Shown here piece after piece: positions 11,487 to 25,059 of a stretch of 64,000 nucleotides of DNA. The translations under genes were made by a program, and so were the position numbers. How positions within the stretch are numbered: position 1 is the stretch's first letter; each line of letters begins with the position of its first letter. The stretch is taken from contig CM059432.1 of assembly GCA_030390025.1 (NCBI GenBank), positions 120,654,001 through 120,718,000 of the forward strand. Direction: 5' to 3'. Under the pieces are notes generated by a model. The model was not told the DNA's origin. It did no database searches and was given only the letters and a program-made list of their open reading frames with translations. This DNA comes from Squalus acanthias. Its lineage: Eukaryota.

Positions 11487-13628
11487 ATGGCCGTAAGACC
11501 TGCAGATCAGGCTCCCAGGATCTCTGATTCTTCATTGGAGGCCCTGGCCCAGGCAGTGGACAGGAGGAAGGTGATCCTCGTCACCCCGGGGGGAGGTAGA
11601 AAGCCCTCCAGGCAACAACTCCATCACCATTGGGAAGAGGTTGCAGAGGATAAAAGGAAATCTAAAAAGGTGACTCAACCGTGGATAACAGGGGAAATTA
11701 GAGACAGCATAAAATCCAAAGATAGGGCGTATAAAATAGCCAAAAAAAGCGCCAGAGCGGAAGATTGGGAACAGTTTAAGATAGAGCAAAGGAGGACAAA
11801 GGGCTTAATCAAGAGGGGCAAAATAGCTTACGAAAGCAAGCTGGCGGAAAATATAAAAACTAACTCCAAAAGCTTTTATAAGTATATCAAGAGGAAAAGA
11901 CTGGTGAAAACCAAAGTTGGTCCATTGCAGTCAGATACGGGGGAATATATAACGGGAAATAAGGAAATGGCAGACCAATTAAATGCATACTTTGGGTCAG
12001 TCTTTACGAAGGAAGACACAAAAAACCTCCCTGGGATATCGGGAAAAATAGGGACATTGGCAAAGGAGGAACTGACGCAAATCAATATCTCTAAGGATAT
12101 GGTGTTAAGGAAGCTAAAGGGATTGAAGGCGGACAAATCCCCAGGGCCTGATAACATGCATCCTAGGGTACTGAAGGAGGTGGCCCTAGAGATAGCGGAT
12201 GCACTAAGTATGATTTTTCAGAATTCATTAGACTCGGGAACAGTGCCCATGGATTGGAGGGTAGCTAACGTTACCCCACTATTCAAAAAGTGGGGTAGGG
12301 AAAAAGCAGGTAATTACAGACCTGTAAGCCTTACATCAGTTGTGGGCAAAATGCTGGAGTCCATCATTAAGGATGAAATAGCGGAGCACTTAGCAAATGG
12401 GGACAGGATAGGACAGAGTCAACATGGATTTACAAAGGGTAAATCGTGCTTGACTAATCTATTGGAATTTTTTGAGGGAGTAACTGGTAAAATAGATGGG
12501 GGAGAGCCAGTAGATGTGGTGTACCTGGACTTCCAAAAGGCCTTCGACAAGGTCTCACATAAAAGATTAGCATGGAAAATTGAAGCTCATGGGATAAAGG
12601 GGAAAGTATTGACGTGGATAGAGAACTGGCTGTCAGATAGAAAACAGAGAGTTGGAATAAACGGCTCATTTTCTGAATGGCAGGCAGTAACAAGTGGGGT
12701 ACCGCAGGGATCTGTCCTGGGTCCCCAGCTGTTCACAATTTACATTAATGACCTGGATCAGGGATGCAGCATTTCCAAATTTGCAGACGACACTAAACTA
12801 GGAGGGGGGGTGGGCTCAGAGGAGGAGACCAGGAAGCTCCAGAGCGATTTGGACAGACTGGGTGATTGGGCGGATAAATGGCAGATGCACTATAATGTGG
12901 ACAAGTGCGAAGTTATCCACCTTGGGTGCAGGAACGGGAGGGCAAATTATTATTTAAATGGCAATAAATTGGGAGAGGGGGAAGTACAGAGAGACCTGGG
13001 TGTTCTTGTACACCAGTCACTGAAGGCGAGCATGCAGGTGCAACAGGCGGTCAAGAAGGCAAACGGTATGCTGGCCTTCATAGCAAAAGGGTTGGAATAC
13101 AGGAACAGGGATACCTTGCTGCAGCTGTACAGGGCACTGGTGAGACCACACCTCGAGTACTGTGTACAGTTTTGGTCGCCTCATCTGAGGAAAGATGTTC
13201 TTGCCATGGAGGGGGTGCAGCGGCGATTCACCAGGCTGATACCAGGAATGGCGGGATTGACCTATGAGGAGAGACTATGTAGTTTAGGGATGTACACACT
13301 GGAGTTTAGAAGATTGAGAGGGGACCTCATAGAAGTGTATAAAATTCTGACAGGTCTAGACAGACTAGATGCAGAAGGAATGTTTCCCTTGGCGGGTGAG
13401 AACAGAACTAGAGGACATAATTTAAGGATAAGGGCTAAACCATTTAGGACAGAAATGAGGGGGAATTTCTTCACTCAGAGGGTGGTGAACCTGTGGAACT
13501 CATTGCCACAGAGGGCAGTGTACGCCAGCTCATTAAATATATTTAAGAGGGAATTAGATATATTAAATATATTTCTACAGGCAAATGGGGTTAAGGGTTA
13601 CAGAGAGAAGGCGGGGACGGGATACTGA
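11487..13628 (+). other. Chimeric open reading frame: Harbinger Myb/SANT N-terminus fused in frame to CR1 ORF2 (linker, RT, C-terminus; no endonuclease)
   Basis: ATG at 11487 is in the frame of the 762-aa ORF; junction WEEVAE-DKRKSKKV; no stop until 13628; RT motifs QHGF, GVPQGSVLGP and FADD present. Expression unknown. Confidence 0.6.
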
Positions 13629-13728
13629 ATTGGAGGATCAGCCATGATCTCATTAAATGGCAGAGCAGGCTCGAAGGGCCGGATGGCCTACTCCTGCTCC
13701 TATCTTCTATGTATCTATGTATCTATGT
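11651..13728 (+). mobile_element. Young 5'-truncated CR1 LINE with uninterrupted RT frame
   Basis: KSPGPD...NYRPVSLTSVVGK...FADD; (TATCTATG)-type tail; TSD AGGA (11647-11650 / 13729-13732). Confidence 0.95.
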
Positions 13729-14615
13729 AGGAGGTCAATGCCAGGAGCTTAGCTCCCAGGACATGGCGGCAATGTGGAAAAAGGTTTAATGACATCACCA
13801 GATTGTCAAGGTGAATGCTGCTCTCTTACTCTCTGCTCATACCTCTAGCCTCACTACTCACAATAGTCCACCCCCGCTTCCCTTCACTTTTACAATCACT
13901 GCAACACACTTCACTCCAGCTTCTTCTTCTCATACTTACACACTCTGCACCTCCTACTTTCACCACTATTGCAACCCTTAGTTCCTTACATCTCACAACT
14001 TACACACTACATAACCAGCTATTTCACCATGACAGACACATTCTCTAAACCTCACAAGGATGTCAATGACACGCTTCTTTTTTCATCCAGGAGAAGGTCA
14101 CGCAAAACTTGGGGCAGGAGACTGAGCCCACCTGTACATCCTGTACCCAGTGGGAGAAAGCACGGTGGCCATCACGGGTTGGGGAGAGTCATGGCCAGGG
14201 TGAGTGGCAACACTGGAGGAGACATCTCACAGGGTTTCTTCACACCTTATCCTCTTTTTCCCTTCTTACTTCTATCTCACCCTACAAACCCTGCATGACA
14301 AACTGCAGCTGCTTTCACCAGCCACTTCTTCCTCTCCTTTCCCTTCACTCTAAAAGCTAACCCTTGTCACTCTCTTTCATTTCAGATGCTGCCCTTTGCC
14401 ACTTCAAGAAGAGGAGGCGAGCCTTCCTGAAGATGCAGCTTCACTCGATCTGACACTAGCAAGCACCAGCTCAGAGATTGGCACCACGTGTACTTTACAG
14501 GATAGGTTAAAGGAGGAATCTTCATGTGTGAATCACTGGCCGCAAGTGTGCAGGAGCTAGGGCAGGGGAACAGGACACCATAGGTACCAGTTCGTCAGAG
14601 GACGAGATCACATAC

Positions 14616-17600
14616 GAGATCAAGGATGTCACTGAACGGCTGCAGGGCATTCTGAAGGGGGAGGGCGAACAGTCAGAGGTCGTGGTTCACATTGGTACCA
14701 ACAACATGGGTAGAAAGAGGGATGAGGTCCTGCAACAAGAATTTAGGAAGCTAGGGAGCAGATTAAAAAGCAGGACCTCAAAGGTTGTAATCTCTGGATT
14801 ACTCCCGGTGCCACGTGCTAGTGAATATTGGAATAGGAGGATAGAGCAGATGAATGCGTGGCTAAAGAGTTGGTGCAGGAGGGAGGGCTTTAGTTTCCTG
14901 GATCACTGGGTCTGCTTCTGGGGAAGGTGAGACCTGTACAAGTCGGACGGTTGCACCTGAACCGGAACGGGACCAACATCCTTGCGGGAATGTTTGCTAG
15001 TACTGTTGGGGGGGGGGGTTAAACTAACTTGGCAGGGGGATGGGATAGAGAGTGGAGCTATAGTAGAGGGTGATGCACAGCCAAATATAGAGGAAAAAAA
15101 CAAGTCAGTCTGGAAGGCAGAGCAAATATGTAATGGCACAAGGGAGTATGGCAAGGCTGGATGGCATTTATTTTAATGCAAGGAGTCTTGCGAGTAAGGC
15201 AGATGAATTGAAGGTGTTGATGAACAAATGGGAGTATGATATTGTTGCTATCACAGAGACATGGTTGAGGGAAGGGCAGGACTGGCAGCTCAATATTCCG
15301 TGGTATAGAATCTTCAAGCGAGACAGAGGGGGGTGTAAAAGAGGAGGGGGTGTTGCAATATTAATCAAGGAGTCAATTACTGCTGTAAGGAGGGATGATA
15401 TCTTAGCAGGTTTCTCTAATGAGACCATATGGGTAGAACTTAAAAACAAAAAGGGGGCAAGCACTTTGCTGGGAGTGTACTGTAGGCCCCCAAACAGTCA
15501 GGGGTAGATAGAGGAACAGATATGTAGGCAAATCTCAGAGAAGTGTAGAAATAATAGGGTAATAATAGTAGGGGATTTCAACTTCCCCAATATTAACTGG
15601 GATAGTCAGAGTGTGAAAGGCTTAGAGGGTGCGGAATTCTTAAAGTGCATCCAGGAGAGGTTTTTGAGCCAGCATGTAGAAAGTCCTACAAGAGAGGGGG
15701 CGGTACTAGACCTAATTCTAGGGAATGTAGCCGGGCAAGTGGTAGAAGTTTCAGTAGGAGAGCATTTTGGTGACAGTGACCAAAATTCGGTGAGATTTAA
15801 GGTAGTCATGGAAAATGACAAAGATGGACCAGAAATAAAGGTTCTAAATTGGGGGAAGGCCGATTTTAATATGATAAGGCAGGATCTGGCCAAAGTGGAC
15901 TGGGATCAGCTAATTGTAGGAAAATCCACATCAGAGCAGTGGGAGTCATTCAGAAAGGAATAAGAGAGAGTTCAACGCCAACATGTTCCCATAAAGGTCA
16001 AGGGTGGGACCAACAAACCCAGGGAACCCTGGATGTGAAGGGATATACAAGAATGGATTAGGAAAAAAAGGGAGGCCTTTAGCAGATACAAAGGACTAAA
16101 AACAGTGGAAACCCTAGAGGAGTATAGAAAGTGCGGGGGGGGTACTTAAAAAAGAAATTAGGAGAGCGAAGACGGGGCATGAAAAAACACTGGCGGGCAA
16201 AATAAAGGAAAATCCCAAGGTGTTTTATAAGTATATTAAGGGCAAGACGATAACCAGGGAAAGAGTAGGGCCCATTAGGGACCAAAGTGGCAATCTGTGT
16301 GTAGAGCCGGAAGATGTGGGTGAGGTTTTAAATGAATATTTTGCATCTGTGTTCACTATGGAGAAGGACGATGTAGGCATAGAAATCAGGCAGGGGGATT
16401 GTGATACACTTGAACAAATTAGTATTGAGAGGGAGGAGGTACTAACGGTTTTAGCGGGCTTAAAAGTGGATAAATCCCCAGGCCCTGACGAGATGTATCC
16501 CAGGCTGCTGTGTGAGGCAAGGGAGGAGATTGCAGGGGCTCTGACACAAATTTTCAGAACCTCTCTGGCCACAGGGGAGGTGCCAGAGGACTGGAGGACA
16601 GCTAACGTAGTACCATTATTCAAGAAGGGTAGTAGGGATAAACCAGGGAATTACAGGCCAGTGAGCCTAACATCAGTGGTAGGGAAATTATTGGAAAACA
16701 TTCTGAGGGACAGAATTAGTCTCCACTTGGAGAGGCAAGGATTAATCAGGGATACTCAGCATGTCTTTGTCAGGGGGAGATCATGTCTAACCAATTTGAT
16801 TGAATTTTTCGAGGGGTGACTAGGTGTGTGGATAAGGGTAGTGCAGTTGATGTAGTCTACATGGACTTCAGTAAGGCTTTTGACAAAGTCCCACATGGGA
16901 GACTAGTCAAGAAGGTTAGAGCCCATGGGATCCAGGGCAATTTGGCACATTGGATCCAAAATTGGCTTAGTGGCAGGAGGCAGAGGGTAATGATCGAAGA
17001 TTGTTTTTGTGACTAGAAGCCTGTGTCCAGTGTTGTACCACAGGGATCGGTGCTGGGTCCTTTTCTGTTTGTAGTGTACATTAATGATTTAGATATGAAT
17101 GTAGGAGGTATGATCAGTAAGTTCGCAGCTGACAAGAAAATTGGTGGAGTGGTAAATAGCGAGGAAGGAAGCCTCAGGCTACAGGACGATATAGACGGGT
17201 TGGTTAGATGGGCAGAACAGTGGCAAATGAATTTAACCCTGAAAATTGTGAGGTGATGCATTTTGGGAGGACTAACAAGGCAAGGGAATACACAATGAAT
17301 GGTAGGACCCTAGGAAGGACAGAGGATCAGAGGGACCGTGGTGTGCATGTACATAGATCCCTGAAGGCAGCAGGACAGGTAGATAAGGTGGTTAAAAAGG
17401 CATATGGGATACTTGCCTTCATTAGCCGAGGCATAGAATATAAGAGCAGGGAGGTTATGATGGAGCTGTACAAAACGCTAGTTAGGCCACAGCTGGAATA
17501 CTGTGTACAGTTCTGGTCGCCACACTATAGGAGGGATGCGATTGCATTGGAGAGGGTGCAGAGGAGATTCACCAGGATGTGGGCTGGAGCGCTTCAGCTA

Positions 17601-18036
17601 TGAAGAGAGACTGGACAGGCTGGGGTTGTTTTCCTTAGAGCAGAGAAGGCTGAGGGGGGACCTGATTGAGGTGTACAAAATTATGAGGGACATAGATAGG
17701 GTAAATAGAAGGGAACTTTTCTCCTTAGTAGAGGGGTCAATAACCAGGGGGCATTGTTTCAATGTAAGGGGCAGGAGGTTTAGAGGGGATTTGAGGAAAA
17801 ACTTTTTCACCCAGAGGGTGGTTGGAATCTGGAACTCACTGCCTGAAAGGGTGGTAGAGGCAGGAACCCTCACAACATTCAAGACACATTTAGATGAGCA
17901 CTTGAAACGCCATAGCATACAAGGCTACGGACCAAGTGCTGGTAAATGGGATTAGAATAGACAGGGCTTGATGGCCGGCGCGGACACGATGGGCCAAAGG
18001 GCCTCTTTCTGTGCTGTATAACTCTATGACTCTATG
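14616..18036 (+). mobile_element. CR1 LINE: ORF1 esterase C-terminus plus degenerate ORF2 (endonuclease and RT)
   Basis: VHIGTNN...KVVISGLLPVP (SGNH esterase), YFNARSL...IVAITETWL (APE endonuclease), RT pieces with frameshifts; (ACTCTATG) tail; TSD ACATAC (14610-14615 / 18037-18042). Confidence 0.93.
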
Positions 18037-20049
18037 ACATACTAGCTCTGTGGCAGAGGACTCAGATGCAGATACCCAGGTTACTGAAAAATGCTGATGG
18101 GCATACCCTAGGAAATGCAAGGTGCACTGGGCAGCCTGCCAGCTAGCTTGCATGCAAAGGCTCACAGCATGGAGGAGTCCACCTCCAACCTGTGTTGGGG
18201 CATCACGAAGAGCATGGATTGAGAGATCACCTCTATGATCACGACAGTAGTCGCCACCATGATGGAGCCTCTGCTGACAGCTCTGACAGCTTCCATGGCA
18301 GCTCACACTGCTGCCATGGAAGCTCAAATGGCTGCGACCGTGGCTCTGGGGGTTAGTATTGACAGGAGCTTCCAGAGCTTTACATCATTCTTGCACTCTG
18401 TTCTCACGCAGAACCGTAGGAGCGCTGAGGCACAGTCATAGGAAAATGCTCTTGGCTCCATGGGAGAGGCACCTGCTGTCCTCTCAGTCAGTGCCACACA
18501 CCAGTCAGTTGGGCCAGACTGTCCCAGCCCACGCCGAGATGCTGCTCGAGGTTACGTACCACAGCCATGTGAAGTGTCCTCAATGGAAGCTCAGCCGCCT
18601 TCTACCTCCCAAGCTGTAGTCACTGGGGATGCATCTCGTAGTAGCATCGGGATAGGTAAACGAGCTCACAAGACAGGCACTAAGGGCTTACACAAGGGTG
18701 ATTCTTGATTATTCCTGTTAAATATTGGACAAAGATGGAATTGAGTTGTTGGATAATTTTCTTTTCCTGACTTGGTGTTGGTGTTAGTATTTATAGTGAA
18801 ATGACGGCAAGACCCAAAAGGCTGGGCTGAAAGAAGGCAATCAGATAGTGGTAGTAAGGACGGTGTGAGAAGGGTTGTGGTGACTGTTGGTGTATGGAGG
18901 ATGGGAGGGATGGCTCACATGAGTCAATCTTGTATCTCTCTATCAGCGCTCAGGGGCACTGGTGGGACAGCAAGGGGCACTGGTGGTCAGTGTTTCTCCT
19001 GCTCTATCTCCTCTTCGTGCTGCCGCTCATCCGCCTTCTGCTTCTCCTCCTCCAGCACTTCTTGCTGCCAAGCTGGTGGTTAAGGATTGGTCCCGCATTA
19101 ATGCAAAGTCATGCAGCAGATGACCACAAATCTGGATACATGGTCAGAGCGGAACTGCAAAGCTCCAGTGAACAGTCTGGACAGCGGAAGCATTGCTTGA
19201 GTATACCTACCTACTGTTCAATGACGTTTCTGGTGGTGGCATGGCTCTCGTGCACCAGCTCTGTCGTTCTGCATGGGTTCCTGATAGGTGTCATGAGCCA
19301 TGTCTGAAGGGGATATCCCTAGTCTGCCAATAGCCAGCCTGTGACCTAACGGCCTGGTTGGAATAAAGGCAGCTCAGAGGACTGGCGCAGAATGAATGAA
19401 TCATGACTGCTGCCAAGAAATCGGACACAGACCCGCATGAAGCTCTGCCTGTGGTCACAAACAAGCTGTATGTTGAGAGGATGGAAATCACTTTCTATTC
19501 AGAAAGATGCCAGGCTGGTGATAGGGAGCCCGCAAGGCAATGTTGCTGCAGTCTATGACACCTTGCATCCTGGGGGAAGCCTGCAATGTGGGTGAAGCCC
19601 ATTGCTCTCTCATCCATGGAACATGTAACAAGGTTCATACATTCTCAAGCCAGAGGCTCAAAACTCAGAAGATTGAATGAACGAGGGTTTTATCCAAATA
19701 ATATTCAAAGAACAACCCCAGAGAATAAATTCAGAGGTTTGAATCCTGTGACCCACCAACGTAACTATACCAAAGCAGGGCAAAGTGTATGTCCCACCTC
19801 AATTACCTACTTATGTAGGGAGGCCTGGAAACAGTGTGGGTTGGGGGTGCAGAGGAAGCCCTGATACAGGCGGAAATTATGCTCCTAAAGCTGGACTGCT
19901 TTTAAAGCAGTGTCCAGCATGCAGCAAATTCAATCCATGAATTAAAATGGAACCAGGAGGAAGAGAATTTGAAATGTCTCTAAGAGTGACGCAAATATGA
20001 TTTTGACTGAAATTATAGGCATGGGTGGGGGTGGAGGATGGATAGTGGA

Positions 20050-20200
20050 AGTGGGTGGTAAAAGACCTCTCAATACAGCAACAGGCGCACGTGGAAGGAA
20101 GTGGTAGAAGTTGGAGAGGAGCAATTCCCTCATCCCCAGGAATCCTTCTTCAATGCAAGAGGAAGTTTAATGAACTCCCATGGTCAGCAAAAGTAAGAAC
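20050..20200 (+). pseudogene. Degenerate Harbinger Myb/SANT fragment
   Basis: TWKEVVE...(frameshift)...LQCKRKFNEL followed by a GTAAGA donor, the same layout as at 13733-13811. Confidence 0.4.
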
Positions 20201-20519
20201 AATGGCTGTAAGCTGCTATTAATGTAGCTTTCGCACATTTCAGACAATAGACCTATATTTAGCCTAAAAGTGCATTCACAAGTCTAAAGCTATCAGCCTG
20301 TGCACTAAATAATCTGTAGTGACATCGGAACATTGAAAACTTCAATTAAAAAGATACAAAATCCTGCAATGCATATATGCTCATTGAAGCCTGACTACTT
20401 CAGTGGGGGTTCCATAAGTGAAGTGATGAGAATGCTCATCACTTGTCAGATTCAACAGTCTGTTACTGACAGTACCAAGCTTTCTTTTGTCATGCAGGAG
20501 GAGATTGCCCACAATTACC

Positions 20520-20752
20520 AAGGAGGGAAATTAGGAAGCACTTTTTCACACAATGAGTAGCAGAAATCTGGAATTCTCTCCCCTGGGACAATTGGAGCTT
20601 TCAAGACCGAGATCGATAGATTTTTGTTAGGTAAGCGAAGTAAGGGATATGGAGCCAAGATGGGTAAATGGAGTTAAGCTACAGATCAGCCATGATCTAA
20701 TTGAATGGCAGAGCTTGCTCGAGGGGCTGAATGGCCTACTCCTGTTTCCTAT
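20520..20752 (+). mobile_element. CR1 3' fragment
   Basis: CR1 3' UTR GATCAGCCATGATCT...GGCCTACTCCTG; its tail is interrupted by the adjacent MITE. Confidence 0.8.
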
Positions 20753-21850
20753 GGGCTGAATCTTAACTCCTACAAAGGGATGGGTTGGGGTCAGGTCAGA
20801 GGTTAAAATTCAAAAAATCTAAAACAGGAACCCAACCCGCCTTGAACCCGCTCACTTTTAACAGAGGTGGGACGAGGGGCAGACAACCAATCCGATCGTG
20901 GGAGGCGGGTTGGTCATTTACATATTATAATGAGGCTGCCTGCCTTCTTTTTAACAGTCATTCTATTTTTAACGCATGTCGACCAGGTTTCCCAGGCCTC
21001 GGGAAACCTGACAGGTGAAAGGAGGTGTGAAGGGCTGAATCTATGAGGTAAATGCCTTTACAGCACTGCTTGTGGGCCAGGAGGAGCAAAAGTGTTTCCA
21101 CCAGGCCCAACAAGCTACTCAGTAAAACCCACCCCCGTGATCTGTTTGCTCCTCCCACCCCCCACTATTGGACCTCCCGATGACCATCGGACCCCCACCC
21201 CAGCCGCCATTGGACCCCCCAACCACCATTGGACTCCTCCCGAACACAATCTGCTCCCCTCCGACCACCATCGGATCCCCCCCTGCCAACCCCTTGCGAT
21301 CGAACGCTCGAGACCAATAGCTGCTTCCCCCGACCACCATCTGACCCCCCGACCACCATCAGACCCCCCGACCACCATCAGACCCCCCGACCACCATTGG
21401 ACCAGCCCCCCCCCCGCTCACTCGGACCCTACACTCCCGCCCCACTCCCCACCGATGATCAGCACCCACTCTGTGATCGTGCCCTCCCCCCCCCACTATC
21501 GGGACACCCCTGCGTAATCAGAACCCCCCCCCCCCACGATCGGAACCTCACAATCGGTACCTCCCTGTGATCAGGACCACCCCGCGATCAGGACCCCCCC
21601 GCGATCTCTTCCAACCCCCCACTAGACCTACCTGCTCTCCTCAGCTGCGGCCTTGTGCTCCAGGCTTCCCAGCCCAATAGGGCTCTAGCTTGTCATTCAG
21701 GCTTCCTGTGGGCGGGAAGCCGACAGAAAAAATTGAACGGAGCCGTGCAGTTAAAAACTGCCAGACATTCGGGAAACCCGTTCTTCCAGGCTTCCCGACC
21801 TCAAAACAGCCGCCCCGCATGGAGCGCGCCTCCAGCCTAAAATCCAGGCC
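20753..21850. mobile_element. MITE, family with C-rich core
   Basis: Ends GGGCTGAATCTTA / TAAAATCCAGGCC; flanks tat/aat inside the CR1 tail; collinear with 46547-47346. Confidence 0.8.
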
Positions 21851-22296
21851 AATGTTTCTATCTTCCTAGGAAGAACAAGCTACAGGAGGAGTGGCAGCAG
21901 GAGGAGGAGGCAAAGCAAATCTTTGGCGCTCACTCAGCTAATGCTGTTGGGGTTGGAGATGTGGGAGGGCCAGCACCCACAAATGGGTCTTGCTGACTAA
22001 GGGTAATGTGCAAAGATCAGAAATGGTTTCTCTGTTTTGGAGTTCAAACCCTGAGGAGACCCTTACATGAGTCTCACAGGAAGAAAAAAGTGGACATCAG
22101 GAAAACAACTGAATTTCTCATTCTTCTTATTTTCACAAAGCAAGAAAGGGAGAGGAGGAATTAAGTCCAGAACTTTCAACAGTTGGCACTACCAGAAGAA
22201 CTTGGCTGACACCTGGCCTGGATGTGCCCAGCTCTGGCTGCACCCCCTCCTATATCGCTGGCCTTATTTGGGGAGGGCAGAGGCTCTGCCCCTTAC

Positions 22297-22360
22297 AAGG
22301 CCCTGCAGAAACTCCTGGGAAAGGCTGGGACCATTTTGCGGAGAATCAGCTGTACTCTTG
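22297..22360 (-). CDS. Candidate internal host exon (64 nt)
   Basis: tttcAG|...|GTaagg; phase 1 to 2 reading RVQLILRKMVPAFPRSFCRAL, compatible with the neighbouring candidate exons. Weak. Confidence 0.18.
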
Positions 22361-22655
22361 CTGAAACACTGCAGATTTTCAATACCACAATCCTCTTATT
22401 CTGTGCTGGTAGTTGCATACCACTGTGGTATGTGTAATCTAATCCTGCTGGATTCACCTCTAATGCCTTATATGCCACATTCTTGATTACATTTCACGGT
22501 TTCAAGTTCTTTTCTTGCAATTCTAAGATGCCTTCATGCCTATCCGTGTCTTGTGTTGTTATAGTACACTAATATTCATGCCTTTTCTTTCTCCTCTTTA
22601 AGTTTTGCCGCTTCTTTCTCACTTCCTGGCAGGTGATTCTAATGACTATCGCAGG

Positions 22656-23385
22656 GGCCTCGATTTTAACCCTCCCTCGCCCAGTGGGAATGGTATGTGG
22701 GAGGGGTTAAGATTAGGACGAGCCTATTGAGGCTGCTCCATTCCCGCCCGGCGCCATATCATCTTCGCCGACTTTCAAGTCAGACGGGGCTCCCGGTACA
22801 GGCGGGTGGGGCCTACTTAACATTCAAAAGTCACGGCCTGATGACATCATTGGTGCTGCGATGTGATCTTAACGTTGTGTTAGGGGCAGTCCCGCACCAC
22901 GTGTAACCCGACAACCAAACCAAGGCGGGAGGCCAAGGTAAGTTTTAAAAAATTATTTTTGTCCGAACTCTTTGTGGGCCAGGAGGAGCAGAAGTGCTCC
23001 CCCCAGGCTCCGCAAGGACTCCTTGGGCCTCCCAGCCCCGGCCTCCACCCATTCCCACCGATCACAGTGGAACGCCCCCCACCCACCGATCCCCAATTGC
23101 TTCTGCAACACCTCCTCGATTGCCACCAGATCCCTCCCCTCACTAACTGCCGGGGACTGTTCCCACGTGTCCCCAGCTGCGGCCTCCTGCCACCAAATTC
23201 CCTCTCCCACTCGCCGGCTAGGTAATGGATCTGCCTGGATGTCAGGCGGGACTCCGGGAATATTTATGTGAGTGAGGTCCAGCCGTTAAGATCAGTCAGG
23301 CCTCCATGTCCCTGGATTCTCCAAGTGTGCTGCTCTCTTTGGGGCTCGTGCACACCGTGCCCACCGCCCCTTTAAAATTGGGGCC
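22656..23385. mobile_element. MITE, C-rich-core type
   Basis: TIR GGCCTCGATTTTAA / TTAAAATTGGGGCC; shares the internal GTGGGCCAGGAGGAGCA motif with sibling copies. Confidence 0.75.
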
Positions 23386-24521
23386 AGAGTTCAACCTGAT
23401 TGCCATAAGTGGCTCTTCCTTTATATAGGGTAAATTCAGTGCCTCCACTCACCACCATGTTATAGCCCTGTCTTCAACACACACTCCTTCAAGTGCAGCT
23501 CCCCAGTGGGAGCACTGGAGTGTTGAATATATTTATCTGCTTAGCGGCCATTCCCCCGCCACAACCCCCCCACCAAAAATGTGCTCATGACACTTCACCA
23601 CAGAGTGAAGCCAGGCCCTTAGCCATTTGCTACTACAATTGCACACACCACAGCAGGTGTGTCGCGATTGGTTGCTATTTATTCCTACCACTCACAAAAT
23701 TGCTGCAATTTTTTCAGTTATTTGTTCATGTCGGCAAAAGATGAATTTTGCTTATTAAAAAGAAATGTCAGACCAATGTTATTCTAAAGATTGTTGGGCC
23801 TTCTCATTCCTGAACCATCTCAATAAAAGTGGGCAATTTGGCTGCAGGCAGGAATAACATAGTGAAGCCATTTTAATCAGCAAAATCAAAAACAAAACTG
23901 CACTGGTGATTAGTGACCTTTCTACCCACATAGAATCAACAAAGCCATTTGGATCTGTTTTACCCTTCATAATAAATCTGCTAACCACTTCTAATTATAA
24001 TTTTTACTTGGTGCTTTATTATCTGTGGTTGGTATAATATGTGCGTGTGTGTTACATGTTTTGGGTCTTGCCTTAGATATTCTCTTGGGTATCGCCTGCT
24101 AGTCACTCCTGTAAGTGATCCGAGCGTCTTACATTTAGAAGTGTGCATATACTGCCCAAATGTAAGTATGCAATAGTGTAACCCATGGGAATAACAACTG
24201 GACACTCTTGTGGTCTGAACTGTATAGTGTTTGCACATGCCTTTTTATTTGCAGGAAGACTGAGAAAACACTTGGTAAGATGAGACCAGATAACATATAG
24301 ATTAACAACAGTTAAAGCAAATTACCATTACTTAGCTCAAACTTCCTTCTCGCAAAAATGGAAAATAAATAATGACCCCCAAGTGTCCTGTCCCTTTCAT
24401 AGACTGACTTACTGGTTTATTGCATTACTTTTCTTTTAGCCTACTTCTAACTACAAAAACTGACGTATTACACTTATAGCCTCCAGCTCCAGCCTAAGGG
24501 CTGTGTTTCACAGTCCCTTAC

Positions 24522-24690
24522 TTAAAGCCCATGCGTCCATTTGCCTTTTTGCTTCCACTATTACTTCTGGTCCCAGGAAGCAGAGTAATGCTGTCCCTAA
24601 TTCCGTCATCAGCATGGATTCGTCAACAGGCCTGTCAAGCAAACCGACCATCCCGTGTCTCAGGAGTATTTGCTCCGCAGGCACCTTAGG
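24522..24690 (-). CDS. Candidate internal host exon (169 nt), gene unidentified
   Basis: cgtAG|...|GTaagg; open frame PKVPAEQILLRHGMVGLLDRPVDESMLMTELGTALLCFLGPEVIVEAKRQMDAWAL in unique sequence. Confidence 0.33.
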
Positions 24691-25059
24691 CTACGCCCAA
24701 TGAACAGCACAATGGGAGTCAATATTTGTTTGTCCACCTGAATGGAGCTGATGAGGCTAATTTTAAACACCCAAAAGGGGTGGGTTTAGTTCAGGTGGGA
24801 GGTTAAAAAGTAAAAATATCTGAAACAGGAACCCAACCCGCCTCAAACACACCCACTTCCGGTTTTAATGGTCTTGGGAAACCCGGCAGTTAAAAGGAGG
24901 CAAGTAGGGCCAGATCCATAAGGTAAGTGCCTTTACAGCACTGCTCGTGGGCCAGGAGGAGCAGAAATGTTTCCTCCCTGCCCAACAATCTAACCTGTAA
25001 ATCTTATGCACCCCCCACAATCGGACCCCACCAGACCACCATCTTCACCCCCGCGATCT

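Larger units (their letters stand above)
11255..19640. mobile_element. PIF/Harbinger autonomous-type relic: Myb/SANT gene (+) and convergent DDE transposase (-), interrupted by two CR1 LINEs
   Basis: TIR-like GACCTAGAAATTC at ~11255. Myb/SANT MAVRPADQAPRISDSSLEALAQAV...WEEVAE / EVNARSLAPRTWRQCGKRFND followed by a GT donor at 13811. Minus-strand transposase motifs IAGFP..QGVIDCS, GWLLAD*GYPLQTWLMTP, HATTRNVIEQ*VGILKQCFRC at ~19090-19600. Right end not found. Confidence 0.8.

Noticed and set aside
11532..17918. Many antisense ORFs over the CR1 elements
   Set aside because: Shadow frames of LINE ORF2 with no independent evidence.
24255..24274. Plus-strand 20-nt micro-exon pattern (tttgcAG...GTaaga)
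   Set aside because: Too short to distinguish from chance and no partner exons were found.
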